From positions 1,024,001 to 1,088,000 of the forward strand of contig OZ242180.1 of the NCBI GenBank assembly GCA_965205485.1: DNA of 64,000 bases, given 5' to 3'. A program made the position numbers and the translations under genes. Source of the DNA: Candidatus Latescibacterota bacterium (GTDB taxonomy: Bacteria; Latescibacterota; UBA2968; GCA-2709665). Positions 28,185 to 37,349 of the stretch are shown here, one piece after another. The notes below the pieces were generated by a model that had not been told where the DNA came from, searched no databases, and saw only the letters and a program-made list of their open reading frames with translations. Each line of letters starts with the position of its first letter. Positions within the stretch are counted from its first letter, which is position 1.

Positions 28185-29072
28185 TCAGTTTACGTCCCTC
28201 GCGCAGCGGACGCCCCATCCGTCCGTGGCTCCCGTGGGATCGGACCAGCTGCGATAGGTGATGCTGAGCTTGTTCGGATCCTGTCCCGCCGCGGTCCGCC
28301 AGGAACCGCCCCGAAGTATTCGAAATCTGCCCTGCTCCGGTCCCGTGGGTCCGATGGTTGCGCTCACCTTGTAATATTCGGCGTCGTAGTAGTCCGCGCA
28401 CCACTCCCACACGTTTCCGACCAGGTCCATCGCTCCGTAGAAACTGACGCCCTCGGGGTAGTTTCCCACCGGCGCCAGGGTATTGTCGTACCCGTCGTCG
28501 CCGTCCCTGTAATTCGCCCGTGAACCGTTCAAACCCTTGTTCCAGGGGTAGGGCTCCCTCGCCTCGTCACCGCGCGCGGTCTTCTCCCATTCCGCTTCGG
28601 TAGGCAACCTGGCCGCGCGCCAGGCGCAGTAGGCGGCCGCATCGAACCAGTTGATCCCCACGACCGGAAAATTCGGACTGGTTTCCGCCCGGTCCGGCCA
28701 GTCACCAATGCCGTTCGTGGACCCATGGCTGGCCGGCGTATGCCGTTCGCGGTTGCCGCCGTCCGGAGCGGCCCAGAATTGGAAATACCGGGCATTGGTC
28801 ACTTCATACCGGTCTATATAGAACGCGCTCAGATACACCTCCCGCGCGGGTTGCTGGTCCGCCGGTCCGCGTTCCATACCCATGGTGAAGTGACCCGCCG
28901 GGACCCGGACCATTTCCACGCCGTCGAAGAGCCGCACCAGACCCACCGGAAGGGGTCGATCCTTGTTCGGATCGAACTCCTCCACGGCACCCGTGGGCGG
29001 TTCGTCCGCGCCGCCGCAAGCCAGGACGCCGCAGCAGATCAGACAAGCACGGAAAAACCCGATGGCACGCAT
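28185..29072 (-). CDS. FGE-sulfatase (SUMF1-fold) domain lipoprotein
   Basis: Lipobox GVLAC. PAGHFTMG..FYIDRYEVTN, RLPTEAEWEKTARG, DLVGNVWEWC, RGGSW, WGVRCAR. Confidence 0.85.
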   Translation of the reverse strand: MRAIGFFRACLICCGVLACGGADEPPTGAVEEFDPNKDRPLPVGLVRLFDGVEMVRVPAGHFTMGMERGPADQQPAREVYLSAFYIDRYEVTNARYFQFWAAPDGGNRERHTPASHGSTNGIGDWPDRAETSPNFPVVGINWFDAAAYCAWRAARLPTEAEWEKTARGDEAREPYPWNKGLNGSRANYRDGDDGYDNTLAPVGNYPEGVSFYGAMDLVGNVWEWCADYYDAEYYKVSATIGPTGPEQGRFRILRGGSWRTAAGQDPNKLSITYRSWSDPTGATDGWGVRCARDVN

Positions 29073-29156
29073 AGACCACCTCGCACCAGGGACCCCTCCC
29101 CGACCGCGTTCTGCTGATCTTGGATTTGTTCCCTTATCAATCCGTGTACCGATAAC

Positions 29157-29215
29157 AAAACGGCGGCCAATGCCCCTTCCCGCCGACCCGGCCGGAGACA
29201 CATTGCGCCGCCGTT
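29157..29215 (-). terminator. Probable intrinsic terminator/attenuator after the PorV-like gene
   Basis: AACGGCGGCCAATG...CATTGCGCCGCCGTT stem followed by a TTTTGTT tail on the minus strand. Confidence 0.4.
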
Positions 29216-29273
29216 AGCGCTGTTTCTGTTTACATTAGAGCGGCCCCGCTACGGACCGCCACGTCATCTGATA

Positions 29274-30254
29274 CTAAAATGCGCCGCCGATACTGAACCG
29301 AATCGGTGCGTCCAGCAACTCGCCGACGTTGGTATAGCCGACGTCCACCAGCACCGTCCGGTCGCCCCAGTCGCCCTTGAATCCCGCGCCGAAGCTGTAA
29401 GTCTCCAGGTCGTGGTTGAACTTGTAACCGGCGCGCAGGGCCACCGCCCCCGACAACCACAATTCGCAACCCATCTGCCACCGCTGCTCGTAGTCCACCT
29501 GGTAGGAACTCTCGAAAGAGACCGTCAGGTAATTCGGCTCGTCCATCTGACCGAAGAGCTCCATGGCCACGCCGATATCGAAATTCATCGGCATCAGGAA
29601 TTTCTGGTCTTCCGCCAGCACCTTGGTGTCCGGCCCGAAATTCCGCATGGCCAGGGCAATTCGGGAACTCCGGAAACCCGTGTAGAAGTGGGTGCCGGCG
29701 TCCAGAACGAGGGAGGTCATGTTGTCCACGTGCAGGGTCTCGGAGATATACACCACCCGGACGCCCAGGCCCAGCTTGTCGGTTGCATGAAACGCATAGG
29801 CCAGGCCGACGGAAGTTCCGCCGCCCTTGATCATTTCCCCCGTGCCCTCGGGGTTGAATATGGTGCGTACCGGCATATCGCCCACGTCGTAATTCAACAC
29901 GCTGGCGCCCAGAACCCCCCAGCCCGTCCGATAGGCGAACGCGCCGCTGTAGAACCCCGTGTCGACCAGCCACCGGGTGTGGGAAAGCTGGTACCCGAAA
30001 CGCTCCAGGTGAACCAGACCGGCCGGGTTGAAATAGATCGCGTTGATGTCGTTCGAAACGGCCGTAAACGCATCTCCCATGGCCGCCGCGCGCGGGGACT
30101 GGGTCACCTTCATCCACGGAAACGACGCCAGTCCCAGTTTCCGGAAATCCTCGGACTTGAGGATTTCGGGCACGTCCCGCGCTTCCACTGGCGAGTTCCC
30201 GAATGCGCCGGCCACGAGAACGATCATCAGTGTCATGCAAAGTATCCGCTTCAT
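29274..30254 (-). CDS. PorV/PorQ family outer-membrane beta-barrel (FadL-like)
   Basis: Signal peptide. SPRAAAMGDAFTAVSNDINAIYFNPAGL (PorV-family N-terminal signature), alternating beta strands, ALRAGY..SFGAG, terminal Phe. Confidence 0.8.
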   Translation of the reverse strand: MKRILCMTLMIVLVAGAFGNSPVEARDVPEILKSEDFRKLGLASFPWMKVTQSPRAAAMGDAFTAVSNDINAIYFNPAGLVHLERFGYQLSHTRWLVDTGFYSGAFAYRTGWGVLGASVLNYDVGDMPVRTIFNPEGTGEMIKGGGTSVGLAYAFHATDKLGLGVRVVYISETLHVDNMTSLVLDAGTHFYTGFRSSRIALAMRNFGPDTKVLAEDQKFLMPMNFDIGVAMELFGQMDEPNYLTVSFESSYQVDYEQRWQMGCELWLSGAVALRAGYKFNHDLETYSFGAGFKGDWGDRTVLVDVGYTNVGELLDAPIRFSIGGAF

Positions 30255-30291
30255 AAGCTTATCGCTCCTTCCCGGGATTGCCTCACGCCGG

Positions 30292-32727
30292 CTATCGGAT
30301 GACCATGAACTTTCCTATCCGTTTTTTCCCCATACTCTCGGATACGAGAGATTCCACCACGAAGAAGTAGACGCCCGCGGAGATCGACCCCGTGCCCAGC
30401 GACATCGCCAACTGGTCCCACTGGGCTTCGCCCAGCCAGACGTTCGGATCGTCGGGCGCATCCGTGCGGTCGTCGTGCAGGATCTTTCCGACCATGTCGC
30501 CCGCGCTGTTGAACACGTAGATCCAGGCCTTGCTCGGCACATTCACGAACCGGATCTGCGGTTTGCCCGGGTACTGCAGATTCGCGTCGCCAACCCGGAA
30601 GGGATTGGGTACCACGAAGACCTCTCTGCCCAATGCCTCGGTCTCGCCAACCGCGGGCTGCTTCGGACTGAAGAACGGCGGCTTGCGCTGCGACCTGGCC
30701 CACTGGCCGCCTTCCAGGCCGGCCTTCACCTGCGCCTGCACAAGGGCGGGCAGGGTGGCCATGGTGCCCACGCGGCCCATCCAGTCCTCGTGGCCGTTGG
30801 CAAACGGCCTTACCGAATACCAGTAGTTGAAGCCGGCTACCGACTCGACGTCCGTAAACGTATGCGTCCCTGCAGCGACTTCGCCGATCCTTGTCCAGGG
30901 CCCGTCCGGGTTCCACTCGGAGCGGTAGATGCGGTAACCCGCCACGTCCTGCGCCTCCGCGCCGATATAGTCCGGGTTCATCGCGCCATCGGCCGAGTTC
31001 CAGGTGAGCAGGTTCTGCGCGTCCGGGCTGTTCGTCACCGCCACGTACACGTCCGGCGGCGAATCGGGGACGTCGTATTCATTATCATAAGCCCACTTCG
31101 CGCGCTTGAAGAACTCGACCATCCATTCCTCGCCCTTCTTCAGGCCGTCGAAGTCGTACAGATGCGAACGGGTCCAGGTGTAGAGGTCGCTCTCTCCGGC
31201 GCCCGATCCGCCCACCCAGGCCACCACCAGCTTGGCCTTGTCGCCGGGGCCAAGCGAATACGGCCCGAAGGTCTGGGCGCTGTAAAACACGCCGATCTCG
31301 CCGGGATTCGCCTGAAAGCCGGCATCCGCGATCATATTGAACATGGTCTCCCGGTCGTGCGCGCCGGGCCGCGGGTCTTCGGACACCGTGGTACTTTCGA
31401 TCCGCCAGAAGCGCACGGCGTGGGGCTGGTCGCCCTGGGGCTGGATATACTTGCCCGCGTCCCTGGTATTGAATCCCCAGTCCCCGCCGTCCTCATACGC
31501 CAGAGGACCGAAGCCCATATACTGATAGGAGGTGAATTCGCCATCCTTGCGGCCCGTATCGCAGGAGGGCGAAATAATCAGCTTGTTGACGGGATCACCG
31601 GTATCGTCCCACGGGAACTCCGGACTGTCGCCGTCCCAGTCAACGATCATCTTCAGACCTTTGGCCGGGCCAGAGTAACCGGCATTTTCGGTATAGACGA
31701 TCCAGTCGTCGAGACCGCCCACGTTGTACCAGTGCCAACTGTCCGACCGGTTGTAGTGGGAAAGCCCCGAATCAGAGATCATCCAGGCGCCGATGATGGG
31801 AACGAAAACGTCGTCCAGCCTTACCGCAGGCAGGTCCCTCTCGCCGTCTCCGTCGCTGTCGCCCGTGTTTTCGAATTCGATCTCGGTAATAATGAAGTCA
31901 TCCCACGCCGGATAGCTCCAGGCCATCGTGCGCCGCGTAAAGGTAACGCCGGCAAGCGTGGTCCACTTTGTCACGATGATCTCTTCCGGCCACTCGTCGG
32001 AACGGGATGACGGCGCGGCCGGAGGCCCGGGGGTCGCGTATTCTCCCCACGACCAGTTGCTGATCCTCACGGGGGACCTGTTCAACGGCGCATTCTCCAG
32101 AATCTGCGCGAGATTCTCGCTCCACGTTGGCGCGTAGTACCACGGTGCGCCTTTGCGCCAGTCCTGGCCCGGATTCTCGGCGGAGGAGGGCTGCGTCCTG
32201 ATCTCCCCTCCCAGGTACCGCAGTTCCTCATCCATGGCCGGGTCGCCTACCATGGGCACGATCTCGTCGAGCATGTCCGACCGCGGGCCGGTCAATACCA
32301 CGTAGAACCCGTTCTTGGAAAAATTATCGTAGGCTCTCGAGCCCTGGAAACTGGATGGAAGGCGCAAGGCCAGGCCAATGCCCTCCCCGTGCGACGTGCT
32401 CTCGATCCGCCCTTCGCTGTTGCAGTCGACGCGGAAGAAGGGCAACTGGCTCGCCCAGCCCTGGCCCGTGATGATGTCCCCGCCCACCGTGGCCGGGTAC
32501 ACCATGCTGGAAGCCCGTGAGAGCGCCGCGCCGATGGAGCCTCCCTGCGTGCCCAGAGTGGTCACGGAGGTGTACAGCATCCCGCGCTCCAGGGCGGCCC
32601 TGCCGGCGGATCCCGGGTGATTCGCCTGGCCCCAGACCTGCCCGGACCAGCATATCGCCAGGACTGCTGCGAACGCCCATCCACCGCACCCTTTCAGGAC
32701 GGTGTTCATACGGTTCGGACGCATCAT
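30292..32727 (-). CDS. Secreted protein with FN3-like domain and T9SS type-A-like C-terminal sorting domain
   Basis: Signal peptide. LTWNS...AGYRIYRS...TFTDVESVAGFNYWYSVRPF (FN3-like). VFVVPNPF..IRFVNVP..IYVFNSAGDMV..WD..ISAGVYFFVVE..KFMVIR (CTD-like). Confidence 0.7.
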   Translation of the reverse strand: MMRPNRMNTVLKGCGGWAFAAVLAICWSGQVWGQANHPGSAGRAALERGMLYTSVTTLGTQGGSIGAALSRASSMVYPATVGGDIITGQGWASQLPFFRVDCNSEGRIESTSHGEGIGLALRLPSSFQGSRAYDNFSKNGFYVVLTGPRSDMLDEIVPMVGDPAMDEELRYLGGEIRTQPSSAENPGQDWRKGAPWYYAPTWSENLAQILENAPLNRSPVRISNWSWGEYATPGPPAAPSSRSDEWPEEIIVTKWTTLAGVTFTRRTMAWSYPAWDDFIITEIEFENTGDSDGDGERDLPAVRLDDVFVPIIGAWMISDSGLSHYNRSDSWHWYNVGGLDDWIVYTENAGYSGPAKGLKMIVDWDGDSPEFPWDDTGDPVNKLIISPSCDTGRKDGEFTSYQYMGFGPLAYEDGGDWGFNTRDAGKYIQPQGDQPHAVRFWRIESTTVSEDPRPGAHDRETMFNMIADAGFQANPGEIGVFYSAQTFGPYSLGPGDKAKLVVAWVGGSGAGESDLYTWTRSHLYDFDGLKKGEEWMVEFFKRAKWAYDNEYDVPDSPPDVYVAVTNSPDAQNLLTWNSADGAMNPDYIGAEAQDVAGYRIYRSEWNPDGPWTRIGEVAAGTHTFTDVESVAGFNYWYSVRPFANGHEDWMGRVGTMATLPALVQAQVKAGLEGGQWARSQRKPPFFSPKQPAVGETEALGREVFVVPNPFRVGDANLQYPGKPQIRFVNVPSKAWIYVFNSAGDMVGKILHDDRTDAPDDPNVWLGEAQWDQLAMSLGTGSISAGVYFFVVESLVSESMGKKRIGKFMVIR

Positions 32728-32772
32728 TTCCTCCTTAGCGTGTATAGATCGTCAATGAAGGAATCGCGTGGC

Positions 32773-32807
32773 GGCGGGAACCCGGGCAACCCTCCGGGTT
32801 CCCCGCC
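32773..32807. terminator. Intra-operon hairpin downstream of the TonB-dependent receptor gene
   Basis: GGCGGGAACCCGG-gcaaccct-CCGGGTTCCCCGCC. Confidence 0.45.
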
Positions 32808-32834
32808 TATTCGAAGACTCAATTCCGGAATGGA

Positions 32835-35800
32835 TCAGAACTGTATTCTCAGACCCATTTCCGTGCGCCGGGGATGGCTGTAGAAGTTCCGGTCGCGCGT
32901 ATCCCCGTACTGGATGAATTCGGAGTTGTCCGGCCTGGCCGTATGCAGACCCCAGTTGGTCCAGTCGTTGGTGTTGTACGAACTGTCGTCCTTCTGGTTG
33001 AACAGGTTCCGCACCTCCAGGAAGAGGCTGACGTCGCCGCGCCCCAGACCGAACGGAAAGCGTTTCTCAACGGCGAAGTCGGTCCAGGTGCGGATGGGAC
33101 GCAGCCGCCGTTCGCGGCCGGAATTCGGCGGCGTGTACCAGAACGAACCCGTGTTCTGCATGCGCCAGAGCAGGTTGACCCGCCAGTTGGCAAGGAACTT
33201 GCTTCCGAACACCTTGAAATCGGGTCCGTAGTCCCCCGGCGTGAGATAGAGGAACTGCACGCTGCCCTGGTTGCGGATGTTGCCGCCGTCGGCGTTCAGG
33301 CCGGTCTGATAACCCCTGGCCCAGACGTGGATGTGGTCCAGTTCGAAGTCGTCCAGACCGATGAGCCCGTACTCCCGGGCAGTCATCCGGGTCTGCTCGT
33401 ATCCCCTGCCTCCCGGATTGCCGTCCCGCCGCGCGTTATTCCGGATGACTCTGTTCGCGGTGGCGCCGATCTCCCGGATCTGTTCCACCGTGAGGGGCAC
33501 CGGCACCTCAACCCCGTTCTCCACCCTGTATTCGTACCAATATCGCCCGCTGGCGACGTAGAGGGAGTCCGGATACAGGAAGTTGAACCAGGCGTCGAAG
33601 TTGCCCCATCCGGCCTGGGCCCACGTCATGTTGTACGCAAGGTTGATGGCGAAGTTGTGGCTGAGCGGCTTCCGCAGGGAGAATTCCAGCCCCCGCTGTT
33701 CTTCGAACCCGTTATTGTGCAGGATCCGTGCATAGGGATGCACCCAGCCCGGCCTGTGCGGGGCGTAAAAGCGCACGTCGGAATGGTAGTGGTACTGGTC
33801 CTTCGCGCTCTTGTAGTACAGAGCGATCGCGCCGGTGTAGTCCTGTACGAAGTTCCAGTCGGCCCCCACCTCCATCGACACGGTCTTTTCGGGTCGGATT
33901 TCGGTCGTGCCCTGTCCGCTGCGAATGGGGTAGGACGGCCGCATGGCGTTGTAGCGCTCACCCGGGTCGATCGCGCCGTTCCCGTTCCAGTCCTGGTCCG
34001 GACCCGACGTCCGCCAGTCCCCGTTGAACAGATAGTAGATATCGGGATAGGCCAGGAAAAGACCCGCGAAATAGTGCATGGACGATCGGGCCGTGATCGG
34101 ATGCGACACACCCACCCGCGGGCTCAGGTTCTTGAACACGACCGGTTCGCGGTGGGGCGCATTCTGGAATCTCAGCGGCGAATTGTACATGGGCGAGAAC
34201 GCGTAAGCGCCCGAAGCCGGGAACTTCGACACCGGATCAAACAGGTCCAGACGCAGGCCGGCATTGATGACCATGCCTTCGAACTCCATCTTGTCCTGCG
34301 CGTAGATGGCAAGGTGCTGAGGCTTGACGGGTGCTCCGACCACGCCCTGCTCGCCCGCGAACTCCAGCCGCCTGGCCTGTGCGCTCTCTCCCGTGTAGCG
34401 GGTGAGATACATGCTGTACTTGATGAACTCGAAACCGGCCTTCACGAAATGCCCCTTCGTGATCTGGCTGGCCAGATCCAGCTTGACCTGGTACCGCTTC
34501 CGGTCCGCAACCTGGTAGTGGCGGACATCCCGGTCCACGGCGAACCATCCGTCCGCATCCGTACGCACGTCCGACGTTCTCGCCGCGATATCGCTGGTGT
34601 CATCAACGGTTGAATAGCGCGATATCCGCAGGTCGTAGAACGTCCTGGGCGAGAGAGAATGGGTGATTGCCAGGTATTGCATATTGTGGGTCGTGCTCAT
34701 CTTGCCCGCCGCGCTCCAGTCAACCGGCAGGAATATGTTCTTGCCTGAGCCGCGGATGACGCCGCTGGAGGTACCCGCGGACCGCTCGTTCCGCCATGAA
34801 TCCCGGTCGGTTCCGATAAACTTCTTGTTGTACTCTAACAGACCGCCGATCTTCATCTTTACGTTTTCGGATGCACGTACGGTGACGCTGTACGATCCCT
34901 GATAATTATTCAAAGAAGGAACGAACCGCCCGATGTCGTCATAGTAGCCCCGCTCCGTCCCCGAAGGATAGACGGGCGCCTTCCGTGCCGTCTTGCCCGA
35001 AACGATGAACGAAGCGCTCTTGGAAAGCGGCCCCGAGACATTCCCCTCCACCTCATGGCCGGTGATTTCATCGTAGTCCGAGCGCTGGTGGACGAGTCGA
35101 CCCGTCTCCGGGTCCCGCTCGTTCTGCCACTCGCCCTCGCCCCATTTCATTTTGTCGAGATGCGACGGGCTATCGTAGACGTTTGCGCCCCAGTGTTTCT
35201 GCCCCGGCGGCGTCCGCCGGTACTCGCCCCATCCGTGGAAGTTCTGGCTTCCGTCTTTCGTGATAATGCTGACAACGCCGGCCTGGGCGTTGCCGTACTC
35301 GGCGTTCATCCCGCCCGTAACCACGGAAATCTCCTGGACGGTGGACCGGTTGATGGCCTTCCAGTTGTGGGACCCGGCGCCGTCGCTGTTCACGATTTTC
35401 ACGCCGTCCACGTAATAGGCCACGTCTCCGCCCGTGCGGCTCCGCCATTCCCCGGGCCGGTTGCTACCCCGCATGCGGTCGGAGCCGTCGAGATGCACGC
35501 CCGGCTGCAGCGTGATCATCTCGCTGGTGGTGCGCACGATGGGAAGCTGCTCGATCTCATCGGCGCCGACGATGTACTTGCTGAAGGTCTTGTCGACCTC
35601 CACCGGAGGACGTTCCGCCTTTACAACCATCTCACCGAGTTCAAGCGTCGCCTCCTGCAGCGTAAAATCTACCTCCGTGGTCACGTCGGCCTGCACGCGC
35701 ACGTCCGTCAGTGACTCGGTCTGGTATCCGATCAGGGACGCCTTGAGCGTATACAGCCCCGGATCGGCGCGGAGAATCACGTAGAACCCCTCCGCATCGG

Positions 35801-35975
35801 CCGTCGATCCGATGTTGAGTCCCTCGACGACCACGTTGGAGCCAGGCAGCGGTTCTCCCTGGTTGTCAAGAACCTTTCCAACAATCTTTCCGGTCGTTCC
35901 GGCCCAGACGCTACCGCTGAACGCCAGTGCCGTGCAGAGGGAAAGAATCCCGAAAAACAAAACACACCTCTTCAT
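32835..35975 (-). CDS. TonB-dependent receptor with N-terminal CarboxypepD_reg-like domain
   Basis: MKRCVLFF signal with a GGAGG RBS. TTGKIVGKVLD..GEPLPGSNVVVEG. Plug LQPGV..YYVDGV..EISVVTGGMNAEYGNAQAGVVSIITK. YAQDKMEFEGMVINAGLRLD, SPRVGVSHPIT, NLFN, C-terminal GLRIQF. Confidence 0.92.
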   Translation of the reverse strand: MKRCVLFFGILSLCTALAFSGSVWAGTTGKIVGKVLDNQGEPLPGSNVVVEGLNIGSTADAEGFYVILRADPGLYTLKASLIGYQTESLTDVRVQADVTTEVDFTLQEATLELGEMVVKAERPPVEVDKTFSKYIVGADEIEQLPIVRTTSEMITLQPGVHLDGSDRMRGSNRPGEWRSRTGGDVAYYVDGVKIVNSDGAGSHNWKAINRSTVQEISVVTGGMNAEYGNAQAGVVSIITKDGSQNFHGWGEYRRTPPGQKHWGANVYDSPSHLDKMKWGEGEWQNERDPETGRLVHQRSDYDEITGHEVEGNVSGPLSKSASFIVSGKTARKAPVYPSGTERGYYDDIGRFVPSLNNYQGSYSVTVRASENVKMKIGGLLEYNKKFIGTDRDSWRNERSAGTSSGVIRGSGKNIFLPVDWSAAGKMSTTHNMQYLAITHSLSPRTFYDLRISRYSTVDDTSDIAARTSDVRTDADGWFAVDRDVRHYQVADRKRYQVKLDLASQITKGHFVKAGFEFIKYSMYLTRYTGESAQARRLEFAGEQGVVGAPVKPQHLAIYAQDKMEFEGMVINAGLRLDLFDPVSKFPASGAYAFSPMYNSPLRFQNAPHREPVVFKNLSPRVGVSHPITARSSMHYFAGLFLAYPDIYYLFNGDWRTSGPDQDWNGNGAIDPGERYNAMRPSYPIRSGQGTTEIRPEKTVSMEVGADWNFVQDYTGAIALYYKSAKDQYHYHSDVRFYAPHRPGWVHPYARILHNNGFEEQRGLEFSLRKPLSHNFAINLAYNMTWAQAGWGNFDAWFNFLYPDSLYVASGRYWYEYRVENGVEVPVPLTVEQIREIGATANRVIRNNARRDGNPGGRGYEQTRMTAREYGLIGLDDFELDHIHVWARGYQTGLNADGGNIRNQGSVQFLYLTPGDYGPDFKVFGSKFLANWRVNLLWRMQNTGSFWYTPPNSGRERRLRPIRTWTDFAVEKRFPFGLGRGDVSLFLEVRNLFNQKDDSSYNTNDWTNWGLHTARPDNSEFIQYGDTRDRNFYSHPRRTEMGLRIQF

Positions 35976-36071
35976 TGCCGAACCTCCGTTTGTATGGTTT
36001 AACAGATTCTCTTCCGCCATCCGCGCCCGATTCGGATTACAGCTCCTCCTTTCCCGGGCGCCACAGGCGCG

Positions 36072-36818
36072 TTAATCTCTTCCCGATTCGTAAAATTTGA
36101 CGGCGACTTCCAGATCCAGCGTCTGCAGCAGCGGCATCACACCCTTGATGCCCCAGGCTTCCCGAGGACCGAGCGTACCGACCAGGAAATTGTGCTGAAC
36201 CCGGAAATCCAGTGAAAAATTGTTCGACATGAACCGTTCGACGCCGAACCCGAAATGGGCCCCGAGCGCCCACCGGCTCTCCTCCACCGGTTCGAGAACC
36301 ACGCTTGGGTCCAGCATATTCTCTTCCGAGCCCTCGACAGGGATGCCTTTCTGCCCGGGATAAATCAGACCGCTCACACGATTGCTGTAACTGTGAAAAC
36401 CTCCGCCGGCGACCACGTAAGGTGACGTTCCCTGGTTATAGAAAAGGCGTGATTTGTCGCCGAGTCGGAAGATCATGTTGCAAAGCACGCTGTTCATCCG
36501 CATGCTGGCTTCGGAGTCCGGGCTCGCGTAATCCTTCGAATCTTCGTTCCAGGTGAACGTCTGGTTCTCAATCTTGCCGTCTTTGTATTCGAGCCGGTGA
36601 TATTCGAACTCGAGCGCGTTGTTGATATTCCGGTTGTAAACAACGCTGCCGCCCCATCGTACGGCCTGCGTATACCAGTTGGTCCGCAACCCCATAACGG
36701 GCAGGTTGTATCCCAACAACATCCGCCCTCCTATCCGGTCGAACTCCCGCGCGCCGGTATCCGGTGCGAGAAGAGCCACCAGAAGCCCGGCAACAGCCGC
36801 AACCCTCCATGTGCCCAT
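36072..36818 (-). CDS. Outer-membrane beta-barrel protein (small OmpA/OmpW-like), first gene of the operon
   Basis: Signal peptide. PYVVAGGG, LGAHFGFGVERF, SLDFRVQH, LDLEVAVKFY strands. AAGGAGG RBS. Confidence 0.65.
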   Translation of the reverse strand: MGTWRVAAVAGLLVALLAPDTGAREFDRIGGRMLLGYNLPVMGLRTNWYTQAVRWGGSVVYNRNINNALEFEYHRLEYKDGKIENQTFTWNEDSKDYASPDSEASMRMNSVLCNMIFRLGDKSRLFYNQGTSPYVVAGGGFHSYSNRVSGLIYPGQKGIPVEGSEENMLDPSVVLEPVEESRWALGAHFGFGVERFMSNNFSLDFRVQHNFLVGTLGPREAWGIKGVMPLLQTLDLEVAVKFYESGRD

Positions 36819-37106
36819 AGACTGCCCTCCTTATAATGATGGATCAGGCCGAAAGCGTGCCGCCGGTAATCCTTTCAGGACCTGGTCCGTTTGCAGTACT
36901 CTGGCTCAACCTGTCACCAATTCCCCCGGCAACGTACCCGTCGTGACTTCGGTTGCCCGTTGGGCGGCATCCGGAACGGGCGTCCCCAAATACCGGAGGA
37001 GGGCCGAAAATTGCAGATACGGCAATACGGTGCCCCTCCCACAGAGAAAGCCCTCGCGATGCCGTTTCGATACCCGCATAACGGCGCGGATACGCTACTA
37101 AAACAT

Positions 37107-37146
37107 ATTATATGGCATGATAAACCCGGTCGGCATATCTTGTCAA
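37107..37146 (-). promoter_or_regulatory. Putative sigma70 promoter of the leftward outer-membrane operon
   Basis: The minus strand reads TTGACA-N18-TATCAT, followed by a perfect TATAAT 4 nt further downstream. Confidence 0.55.
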
Positions 37147-37225
37147 GAGAAAAAAACGGTGATTTTTTTCAATTCGCCACACCGGCCGTACTAACCGGCG
37201 CGGCGGGGTCGTGCGTGTACAGCGC

Positions 37226-37250
37226 GGGCGCCCACAAGGGACGCCCCTAC
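37226..37250 (-). repeat. GTAG-type REP element (single copy)
   Basis: The minus strand reads GTAG-GGGCGTCC-CTTGT-GGGCGCCC: a GTAG tetranucleotide followed by a GC hairpin. Confidence 0.65.
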
Positions 37251-37311
37251 AACCTCAACGCGGCCGCGAGATCCGGTAACGCGAATTGGCAATTCGTGGT
37301 ACCCGCAGAGG

Positions 37312-37349
37312 TGTCGCAAAATGCGTCGCTACTGTCGCATTTCGCGACA
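37312..37349. promoter_or_regulatory. Tandem 17-bp palindromic operator-like boxes (TGTCGC-N5-GCGACA)
   Basis: TGTCGCaaaatGCGtCg at 37312-37328 and TGTCGCatttcGCGACA at 37333-37349, 21 bp apart. Confidence 0.55.

Noticed and set aside
27325..29274. Possible diversity-generating retroelement, since FGE/CLec-fold genes are common DGR targets
   Set aside because: There is no reverse transcriptase in the window, and I found no near-identical template repeat of either 3' end.
36819..37106. Riboswitch in the long leader of the TonB operon
   Set aside because: I could not match cobalamin, TPP, SAM, FMN or c-di-GMP consensus elements by eye; an Infernal search is needed.
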